IMG/VR virus record: IMGVR_UViG_3300050027_000006
From: a virus
Strand: one strand, 5' to 3'
Length of the DNA: 64,000 nucleotides
Shown: positions 23,747 to 31,113 of the stretch, piece after piece
How positions within the stretch are numbered: the first letter of the stretch is position 1
Layout of the letters: each line of letters starts with the position of its first letter
Notes under the pieces: model-generated
The model's input: the letters and a program-made list of their open reading frames with translations, nothing else
Told to the model about the DNA's origin: nothing
Databases searched by the model: none
Translations under genes and position numbers: made by a program

Positions 23747-24739
23747 ATGTCATCCCTCACCGTTGCAGGTGGCCTCAAGCCACGAGTAGCTCGCAAGTCT
23801 GACGACTACGTGACCGAGATCCTCGCCCGTCGAGGTACCCCGGACGGCTCGTCACGCATGACGCACGAGTCCAAGGTCAAGAAGATGGCTCTCATCCTTC
23901 AGGATGAGGTCAACGGCATCCGTCGCCTCGGCGTCGGCATGATCGGCCCGATCCAGTTGAAGCTTCGATACCAGGGTATCGTCCGCAACGTCCTCGTGGA
24001 AGACCCGGTAACGCCGGGTACTCCGGTCGAGTACGACGTGTGGGACGACCTCGGTCAGGCCTACATCATGAACGGCACCGATGGTGAAGTTCGTGTGACG
24101 CCGTTCGAAGGCAAGCGAGTTCCGATCTTCTTCTTCCGCATCGCCAGCCGCCCGGCTGTCCGTAAGGAAGACCTGTTCTACCTCCGCATCAACGTGGTCG
24201 AGCAGGCTCAGGACGAGACCAAGCAGGCCATCATGAAGCAGGAGGACAGCCGCCTCATCGTCCTCCTACAGGCTGCCGAGAACGACTACGCCACCCGACC
24301 CGATCACGTCATCACGCCTTACCACAACGTGACCGAGACGAGCGGCTACTTCACCCCGCAGTCGTTCTACACCGCCGTCGCACAGACGGACATGCACGAG
24401 ATCGTCTCCGGTCGAGTCCTGGTCAACCCGCTTGACTACCGTGACTTCTTCCGCTGGGACATCAACACGACCGGTTGGGCCTTCAAGGACCGAGTTGTCG
24501 CTGGTGAGCAGATCACGACCTACGGCGAGTTCCAGATCCAGCGCTCGATCATGCAGACGCAGGGCGAGATGTTCCTGCTCCCGAACCCCGACTTCCTCGG
24601 TGTGTTCCCCGTCCTGTACTCGCTCGACGTGGAAGAGAACCACTCGGTCGAGGACTTCTGGAAGGGCTGGGTCTTCGATGAGATGGTCTCCATGGCCGTC
24701 CTCAACCCTCGTGGCATCGCCTCGATCACCAAGTCGTAA
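23747..24739 (+). CDS. major capsid protein (HK97-fold type, putative)
   Basis: 330 aa. Strong RBS GGAAAGG. Lies downstream of the protease-scaffold gene. The segment ...VVEQAQDETKQAIMKQEDSRLI... resembles capsid/encapsulin-type proteins. Confidence 0.65.
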   Translation: MSSLTVAGGLKPRVARKSDDYVTEILARRGTPDGSSRMTHESKVKKMALILQDEVNGIRRLGVGMIGPIQLKLRYQGIVRNVLVEDPVTPGTPVEYDVWDDLGQAYIMNGTDGEVRVTPFEGKRVPIFFFRIASRPAVRKEDLFYLRINVVEQAQDETKQAIMKQEDSRLIVLLQAAENDYATRPDHVITPYHNVTETSGYFTPQSFYTAVAQTDMHEIVSGRVLVNPLDYRDFFRWDINTTGWAFKDRVVAGEQITTYGEFQIQRSIMQTQGEMFLLPNPDFLGVFPVLYSLDVEENHSVEDFWKGWVFDEMVSMAVLNPRGIASITKS

Positions 24740-24751
24740 GGAGACTTCACA

Positions 24752-25090
24752 ATGCCTCGCTCAGTATCCATCCTCCCCGGCAACTACAACGTCGAGCTTC
24801 CCAACGGGATCTCGTACAGCGCCACCTATGCCACCACGACCGCTGGTCCGACCGTCATCCTCACGGATGAGGAGTTCGCCAAGGTCGGGGCTGTCGGTGC
24901 CGGTACGGGCCTTCAGGACAACGGCAACGTCGGTACCTCGGTAGTCACCGCACAGGGTGTCGCAGTCACGGCAGTCACCGCAGCTAACGCTACGGACGCT
25001 ACCTCGGCTGTCACTCTGGCCAACGCCAACAAGGTCGTCATCAACAACATCATCAGCAGCCTCTCGGTTGCCGGTGGCGCCCTGGCCTAG
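24752..25090 (+). CDS. small virion protein with Thr/Ala-rich C-terminus
   Basis: Follows the putative capsid gene and is followed by a strong hairpin. Confidence 0.6.
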   Translation: MPRSVSILPGNYNVELPNGISYSATYATTTAGPTVILTDEEFAKVGAVGAGTGLQDNGNVGTSVVTAQGVAVTAVTAANATDATSAVTLANANKVVINNIISSLSVAGGALA

Positions 25091-25142
25091 TCCAGCCGAC
25101 ATCCTACTGCTTGGACTGCCCTCTCCCCCGTCCAGCAGTCTC

Positions 25143-25179
25143 GTGCCCCCACCCGGTTGTCCTCGCTGGGTGGGGGCAC
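25143..25179 (+). terminator. intrinsic-terminator-like hairpin (12-bp GC-rich stem)
   Basis: gtgcccccaccc-N13-gggtgggggcac, 53 nt after the stop at 25090. No U tract, which is common in actinobacteria. Confidence 0.55.
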
Positions 25180-25232
25180 ACCCATGTCTACGGTCTGCTA
25201 TACTAGATCGGCCCTAGAGGAACGAGGACACC

Positions 25233-25793
25233 ATGAGCAACGGCGAGATCTATCTGATCGACAGTAGTGATTACTGGTATGTGGGATCTACCACTCGTGG
25301 TTGTGAACGTCGCTTCAAAGAACACATAGCTGGATACGATCCCTACAGTCTGGTGCAGGCTAAGATTCAGGAACTTGGTGCTGAGGCCTTTAGCTTCACG
25401 GTTGTTGAAGTCACTGAAGAGAATCCCATCGAAGTAGAGCAGCGATGGTATGATTGGTATCTCGCCAATGACCCCCGTCAGACCTTGAACGGACGACGAC
25501 CTGGGCTTTGGGACGGATGGAACAGGGGTAAGTCTCCATCTCTCACAACACGAGCTAAGCAGAGTATTGCGATGACCGGAAAGCCAGGTCCAAGAAAAGG
25601 CAAGACTCTCAGTGCGGAAACCCGAGCGAAGATTAGTGCCTCGCTGACCGGTAAAACTCAATCGAATGAGACACGAGCTAAGCGCAGTGCTGCACTCAAG
25701 GGACATTCCTATCAGGGAGTGCAACACCACACTGAAGAGACCAAAGCCAAGATTAGCGCATCTCTCAGAGCACGAAGAGGGGTATCATCATGA
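25233..25793 (+). CDS. GIY-YIG homing endonuclease with NUMOD3-like repeats
   Basis: GEIYLIDSSDYWYVGSTTRGCERRFKEH. Repeats LSAETRAKISASLTG / SNETRAKRSAALKG / HTEETKAKISASLRA. cTGcTATACT box and RBS upstream. Lower GC. Confidence 0.85.
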   Translation: MSNGEIYLIDSSDYWYVGSTTRGCERRFKEHIAGYDPYSLVQAKIQELGAEAFSFTVVEVTEENPIEVEQRWYDWYLANDPRQTLNGRRPGLWDGWNRGKSPSLTTRAKQSIAMTGKPGPRKGKTLSAETRAKISASLTGKTQSNETRAKRSAALKGHSYQGVQHHTEETKAKISASLRARRGVSS

Positions 25794-26437
25794 GCAATGG
25801 TGTAATGCTGGGGATTATTACTGCAGGGAGCCTTCAGACGCACTGCGTGCAGTCACTCTTGAAGGTGGTCGAGGCGAAGGCCGCAGAGGAGATCGTCATC
25901 CGCACGTGTGGTCCCTATCTCGACATGGGGCGCAACAACATGGTCGAGATCTTCCGCAACGAGTACCCCCACTGCGACCGCCTCCTCTTCGTGGACTCCG
26001 ACATCGGCTTCACACCCGAGCACGTCCAGCAGCTAGTGGACGATGACCTCCCCATCGTGGCCGGAGTGTACCACTCCCTCTACGAGACGGGCATCCATCC
26101 CATCGTGCACCAGTGGGTCGAGGAAGGTGGGCGCATGAGGCTCCCCCTCATGAAGAAGTGGAACCGCCCGGAGGACGAGCACCTCGTGCCGGTCGATGGA
26201 GTGGGCGCAGGCTTCCTCATGATCCACCGCAGCGTGGTCGACAAGTTCGCCGCCATCTACGGTCCCCCGCAGATCTGGTTCGGCATCGACCACCGTGCTG
26301 GCGTCGAGCTAGGCGAGGATCTGACCTTCTGCGTCCGTGCCAACGACCTCGGCATCCCCGTTGTGGTCGATCGTCGGGTGCAGGTGGCCCACCAGAAGTC
26401 ACTCGTCCTCCAAGGCCCCTACAACGAGCAGCCCTGA
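25790..26437 (+). CDS. glycosyltransferase (GT-A fold, family 2-like)
   Basis: ATGA coupling. DxD motif in LLFVDSDIGF. GAGFLMIHR and GEDLTFCVRANDLGI segments are typical of phage/bacterial GT-A enzymes. Confidence 0.65.
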   Translation: MSNGVMLGIITAGSLQTHCVQSLLKVVEAKAAEEIVIRTCGPYLDMGRNNMVEIFRNEYPHCDRLLFVDSDIGFTPEHVQQLVDDDLPIVAGVYHSLYETGIHPIVHQWVEEGGRMRLPLMKKWNRPEDEHLVPVDGVGAGFLMIHRSVVDKFAAIYGPPQIWFGIDHRAGVELGEDLTFCVRANDLGIPVVVDRRVQVAHQKSLVLQGPYNEQP

Positions 26438-26522
26438 TCCAGCCTGTCTTGACCCCCTAGTCTCCTACTAAGAGATGAAGACTCCATTGTGAGTCCCTAC
26501 CCTGAGGAAAGGTACCACCGAT

Positions 26523-27080
26523 ATGAGCACCACCTTGCAGCAGCCGATCCTGATCCGCAACACCAAGCCCGGCCCGACCGTCTTCACCGACGCCAAGTCC
26601 GGTGCCGAGATCACGTGGGGCGGTGCCAACGACGCCATGGGCGACGACGTGCAGGCTGTCGACGCTGACCTCCTCAAGAACACCGAGTTCCTCCGCTCGC
26701 TGAGCCGTGGCACGTTCGAGGTCGAGTCAGCCCCCGATGATGTCATGCAGGCGCTTGCGGGCCATCTCGACTCCCCGGCGCTCCGTCGCCAGGCAGCCAA
26801 CTGGGCAGCCAAGCAGGCCACTGAGGCAAGCACCTCGATCGAGAAGATCGAGCGCACCGACAAGAACGATATCGTGTCGGTCACGTGCGTCGGCCCGAAC
26901 ACTCGTGGCGACGGCGAGTGCGGCGAGCAGATCGCCGTCCGTGAGAACGCCAAGAACGAGAAGGCGCCTCTGTGCCCGACTCACTCGCAGCTTGCTCCGC
27001 AGTACGTGCCGACCGAGGACGGCGGCTGGGTCCGAGTGGGCCTCGCTGCACGACAAACGCATCAGCCAGTGGTGTCATAA
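26523..27080 (+). CDS. hypothetical protein (virion module)
   Basis: RBS GAGGAAAGGTACC; 185 codons; Cys cluster CVGPNTRGDGECG..CPTH. Confidence 0.65.
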   Translation: MSTTLQQPILIRNTKPGPTVFTDAKSGAEITWGGANDAMGDDVQAVDADLLKNTEFLRSLSRGTFEVESAPDDVMQALAGHLDSPALRRQAANWAAKQATEASTSIEKIERTDKNDIVSVTCVGPNTRGDGECGEQIAVRENAKNEKAPLCPTHSQLAPQYVPTEDGGWVRVGLAARQTHQPVVS

Positions 27081-27085
27081 CGATC

Positions 27086-27607
27086 ATGCAGTACGAGATC
27101 TACCTCATCACAGCCCCAGGATATTGGTACATTGGCTCTACTACAGTAGGCGCTAAGACAAGATTGCATCAGCATCTTGCTGGGTGGAGTGGAGCTAAGA
27201 AGCTGACTGCCAAGATCAAGATGTTGGGTGAAGATGCGTTTCAGATGACAGTAGTTGAGAAGGGCAATGGCAATCCTATCGAAGCCGAACAGCGATGGTA
27301 TGATTTCTACATCAGCATCTTCGGTAGCCATACCAGTCTCAATGGGAAGCGACCCTCTAACTGGGATGGTTACATGTTGGAGCATGGTCATACTGAGGAT
27401 ACCAAGCTCAAGATTAGTGCTGCACTCAAAGGTCGCCCACAATCATCAGAGTTGATTGCTAAGCGCAGCGCTGCTTTGATGGGTCATGCTACTTCAGCAG
27501 AGACCCGAGCTAAGATCAGCAATACTCTGACTGGTCACACTCAGAGCGAAGAAACCCGAGCCAAAAGAAGCGCATCTATGAAGCGCTATTACGCAGGAAA
27601 GAACTAA
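27086..27607 (+). CDS. GIY-YIG homing endonuclease with NUMOD3-like repeats
   Basis: MQYEIYLITAPGYWYIGSTTVGAKTRLHQH. Repeats HTEDTKLKISAALKG / SAETRAKISNTLTG / SEETRAKRSASMK. Start is an internal Met of track ORF 26972. Lower GC. Confidence 0.85.
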   Translation: MQYEIYLITAPGYWYIGSTTVGAKTRLHQHLAGWSGAKKLTAKIKMLGEDAFQMTVVEKGNGNPIEAEQRWYDFYISIFGSHTSLNGKRPSNWDGYMLEHGHTEDTKLKISAALKGRPQSSELIAKRSAALMGHATSAETRAKISNTLTGHTQSEETRAKRSASMKRYYAGKN

Positions 27608-27616
27608 GGGACCAGC

Positions 27617-28183
27617 ATGACAACTCCTTCCATCGATACCGACATGAGCGGTACGCTCATCACTACCGAGTGGGGCAACCCGCCTCAGAGCCAGCCCGCT
27701 GGTGTCGACAACTATCAGGGCTACGGCCTCGGTGGTCTTCAGCAGGTCTACAAGTACCTCTACGACCCTGCCGACAACACGGCGCCCCTACTTGAGTCCG
27801 AGGGTGGCCTGGCCGCCCAGGAGCAGAAGTGGGTGGGCGAGGTCCAGATCCTACAGCAGGCCGACCCGGCATTCCTCGCTGGCGAGATCGTAGCCGATGT
27901 CGTCTTCGAGAACCCCCTCAACACGCTCAACGAGGAGACTCGTGCCCGCAGCGCTGGCGAGAACGTGGTCGACTTCGATGCTGTCGTAGACCCGATCGTC
28001 CCCGACCCGATCGCCTACGGCGTGACGGAGGAGACCAAGGTCGAGGAGACCCCCGCAGAGGCCCCTCAGGAGGTCGTAGAGGCCCCCGTCGTCGCAGAGA
28101 CGCCCGTTGTCGCTCCTGAGCCTGTAGAGGCCCCTGTGGTCGATGAGGCCCCGGTCGAAGCCCCCGTCGAGAACCAGGAGTAA
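27617..28183 (+). CDS. acidic protein with EAPV-type C-terminal repeats
   Basis: ORF track; the C-terminus is ETPAEAPQEVVEAPVVAETPVVAPEPVEAPVVDEAPVEAPV. Confidence 0.65.
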   Translation: MTTPSIDTDMSGTLITTEWGNPPQSQPAGVDNYQGYGLGGLQQVYKYLYDPADNTAPLLESEGGLAAQEQKWVGEVQILQQADPAFLAGEIVADVVFENPLNTLNEETRARSAGENVVDFDAVVDPIVPDPIAYGVTEETKVEETPAEAPQEVVEAPVVAETPVVAPEPVEAPVVDEAPVEAPVENQE

Positions 28184-28186
28184 CCC

Positions 28187-28498
28187 ATGCCGAACAACCC
28201 CGCATACTCAGCCGTCAACGGCGTCCCTGTCAACTACATCCCCGGCGACTGGCCGGAGACCGCAGACCAGCGTGACTCCAACGAGAAGGCCTTCACCACG
28301 GGCGTCGGCCAGGAGCGTAGCTCCGCCGTTCAGGTGCCCGAGGCTGCTCAGGCCGCTCTCGAACTCTCGGGTGACGAGCGCCTGTACCCCGAGGAGATCG
28401 TGGCCATCGAGGTCGCCGCTCCTTCGGCACTCACGCCGGACATCGCTGGCAAGCAGGCATCGCAGACGCCCTACGTCAACTACCACCTCTTCCAGTAA
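28187..28498 (+). CDS. hypothetical virion-module protein
   Basis: ORF track; 4-nt gap to the upstream gene. Confidence 0.6.
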   Translation: MPNNPAYSAVNGVPVNYIPGDWPETADQRDSNEKAFTTGVGQERSSAVQVPEAAQAALELSGDERLYPEEIVAIEVAAPSALTPDIAGKQASQTPYVNYHLFQ

Positions 28499-28507
28499 GG
28501 ACTCCGC

Positions 28508-28840
28508 ATGGCAGATCCCCTACAGCCGCCGCTTCCGCAGCCTCCCAACTGGGGCGCCTACGTCGCTGGTGTCGACACGATCCAGTGGTACTACCTGACC
28601 GAGGCTGACGAGGCCGCTACGGCGACCTACTACTTCGCTCAGAAGATCACCAACCCGACTGAGACCTCGATCCACCTCGGTGCGGTCGTCGCCAAGCCTT
28701 CGGGCAGCACCCCTGGCATCGGCCAGATCACGGGTGGCCAGAAGACTGGTGACACGACTCTCGGCGGAGCCAACACGGTGGCCACTCGTGGCGCCAAGGC
28801 CAACATCCCGAACTCGCTACCCGGAGGGTACACCCCGTAA
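28508..28840 (+). CDS. hypothetical virion-module protein
   Basis: ORF track; RBS AAGGA. Confidence 0.6.
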   Translation: MADPLQPPLPQPPNWGAYVAGVDTIQWYYLTEADEAATATYYFAQKITNPTETSIHLGAVVAKPSGSTPGIGQITGGQKTGDTTLGGANTVATRGAKANIPNSLPGGYTP

Positions 28841-29301
28841 TGAAAACCTACAGCTTCCACGACCCCAAGATCGAGGAGATGGCGAAGGTCGCCTTCGACC
28901 TCAACGCCCTCATGTCCTTGACCTACCTGCCGAACGCTGTTGCCAACAACATGCTCGGCAACATCACCACGACCGGTCTGTTCATGTCGATCCACTCGGC
29001 CTCGCCGGGTCAGACCGGTGCGAGCGAGCTTGTCGCTGGTACTGCGTACACCCTCGTGTCCGGTGGTCGTCCTCCGATCGGATGGGCCGCTGCGTCGGTT
29101 GGTGTCGTAGTCTCGAACACTACGCAGACCTTCGCCATGTTGGTCACGCAGGCTGGTGGTATCCCCTACTTCGGTCTGTGGACTGCCAACTCCGGTGGTA
29201 CCTACCTCGGCGGTGGCCCGACCTCTGGTCTGTCCGGCTCGATCCCGTCCGGCGCTAGCGTGATCTTCACGAACGGCGTCACCTTGACGGTCGCTGGCTA
29301 A
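28840..29301 (+). CDS. small structural protein, paralog of 16790..17224
   Basis: TAATG coupling. LFMSIHSASPGQTGASELVAG..YTLVSG..FGLWTANSGGTYLGG shows the same layout as the 16790 gene. Confidence 0.65.
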   Translation: MKTYSFHDPKIEEMAKVAFDLNALMSLTYLPNAVANNMLGNITTTGLFMSIHSASPGQTGASELVAGTAYTLVSGGRPPIGWAAASVGVVVSNTTQTFAMLVTQAGGIPYFGLWTANSGGTYLGGGPTSGLSGSIPSGASVIFTNGVTLTVAG

Positions 29302-29423
29302 TGGGTCTTCAGTTGGGGGTCACTGGCCATGCCGTTGCGACGGTCGTGCTGCCTACCCCCGCTGCGAGCGATGAGGATGATGAGAGTGCCGATCACAAGG
29401 ATGCAACTAGCGACGACGAGTAG
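29301..29423 (+). CDS. possible 40-aa acidic peptide
   Basis: TAATG coupling; MGLQLGVTGHAVATVVLPTPAASDEDDESADHKDATSDDE. Too short for the ORF track. Confidence 0.3.
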   Translation: MGLQLGVTGHAVATVVLPTPAASDEDDESADHKDATSDDE

Positions 29424-29431
29424 GAACAACG

Positions 29432-31057
29432 ATGAGTAACACAACTGGTACCATCGTCAGCCCGGCCACTCCGGCATTCGCTATGTACGAGCGCATTGCC
29501 CGCTTCCTTCAGACCGGTTCCCTAACCCCGATCTTCTCGTCAGCCCCGGCCTTCCGTGCGTCGTCGGCAGTCACGGCTCACCCCGGCGCTGCCACTACGG
29601 GAGCCATAACCCTGTCGGCTAACATCGTCGCTGGTGACCTGATCCTGGCGAACGTGGTCGTCGCCTCCCAGGGATACCTCTTGACCCCGCCCGCTGGCTG
29701 GTCTCTCTACACCCGTAACCTGACGACTGGTGTCGGTCACCATGTCTTCTACAAGATCGCCGTGGCCGGTGACATCGGGGCGAGCGTCACCTTCACCTCG
29801 GGCACCTCGACGGCCTGGTCGATCTCGACGTGCTCCTACTCCGGTGTGTGGGCAGCGTGCCCCTTCAACGGTGGTGGCCAAGGATTCACGGTCGCAGCGT
29901 CGGAGAACACGATGACCGCCCCCGCCGTCACGACCACGGTGACGAACACGCTCGTCATCCAGGCTAGCTGCATCTCCAACAACGGAGCGGGCCTGAGCGT
30001 CCCGGCGACGAACCGAGCCGCTGACACTGGCGGCACCCTCTCGGGGTGTATCAGTGAGCAGGCCCAGCTGACGCCAGGAACCACCTCAGGTCAGACGATC
30101 AGTTGGACGACCGCTGCCGTCGCCTGTACCGTCCAAGTTGTACTTCAAGGAGTTCCGACTACGGTCTCGGCTCCCGCTGGCAACTGGGCCTACATCGACT
30201 CAGCACAGCAGGCCACCTCTACTAACGTCGTCACCTACATCTGGCAGACCAGTTCCAACAACTCCGGCATCACCTGGTACTTGGTCTTCTTCCTCGGAAG
30301 CAACAACGGCTACGGCGGAGGCACGAGTCAGACCGACTTCCGCTTCTACGCCTGCGAGACATACTCCACGTCCACTCGTGTCTGGAACGCACCGACGACT
30401 GCGTGCAACAACGCAGCCACCGGTAACGCCATCAGTTCGGGCACCTCGCCGCCGTGGGCGCAGGTATGGGGATCGAACCTCGGTGTCGGCAACCCCTATG
30501 CGTCACAGGTTCTCAGTGCCGTTACCATGGTCATCGGCACTACGAACCTCCTCGTCGCAGCTAACGCTGACGGCTTCTTCTTGTCTGTCTACACGACCTC
30601 GACCCTGGCTTCGTCCTACGTCGGCGCCTTCACATCGCTAGTCACGAACCCGGCGTTGACCGATGGTGGGATCGTCCACTGCAACCTTATGGTCACGGCG
30701 GGACAGGGTGCATCCCGAGACCCCGGTCCGACCACCTTCACCTACTTCAGCTACTACAACCAGGGCACCTTCTGGCCGAACAGCCTCGCCTTCCAGGGTA
30801 ACGTCAACGGGGCGAACACGTCTAACGACATCTATCAGGCTGCTGCCACGACACTCATCACTTCCCGTGTCTCGCTGTCGAAGGGTCAGTCATCGGCAGT
30901 GACACTAGGCAACCTGCGTGGCTTGCTCCCGACGTGGCTTCAGTTGGTCCCGACGACGGGTATGGTTTGGGGCGACACCGTGACCGAGGGATCAGACACT
31001 TTGACCTACGTTCAGGGTATCAGCACCAACCTCTTCATCGACACGTCGGTTGCGTGA
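29432..31057 (+). CDS. tail fibre / receptor-binding-like protein
   Basis: 541 aa, Thr/Ser/Gly/Ala-rich beta-type composition. N-terminal AGDLILANVVV module shared with 31114. Confidence 0.65.
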   Translation: MSNTTGTIVSPATPAFAMYERIARFLQTGSLTPIFSSAPAFRASSAVTAHPGAATTGAITLSANIVAGDLILANVVVASQGYLLTPPAGWSLYTRNLTTGVGHHVFYKIAVAGDIGASVTFTSGTSTAWSISTCSYSGVWAACPFNGGGQGFTVAASENTMTAPAVTTTVTNTLVIQASCISNNGAGLSVPATNRAADTGGTLSGCISEQAQLTPGTTSGQTISWTTAAVACTVQVVLQGVPTTVSAPAGNWAYIDSAQQATSTNVVTYIWQTSSNNSGITWYLVFFLGSNNGYGGGTSQTDFRFYACETYSTSTRVWNAPTTACNNAATGNAISSGTSPPWAQVWGSNLGVGNPYASQVLSAVTMVIGTTNLLVAANADGFFLSVYTTSTLASSYVGAFTSLVTNPALTDGGIVHCNLMVTAGQGASRDPGPTTFTYFSYYNQGTFWPNSLAFQGNVNGANTSNDIYQAAATTLITSRVSLSKGQSSAVTLGNLRGLLPTWLQLVPTTGMVWGDTVTEGSDTLTYVQGISTNLFIDTSVA

Positions 31058-31113
31058 TGCGTGTCTGCGTTCTGTCTCGGCGGTAGCCGAGTAGCAGCTA
31101 CAAGGGCTGAGCT

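Noticed and set aside
26449-26478. Possible promoter TTGACC...TAAGAG and a 5-codon mini-ORF (26474-26491) before gene 26523.
   Set aside because: The spacer between the boxes is only 14 nt, and the -10 candidate lacks the invariant final T. A 5-codon ORF is not distinguishable from chance.
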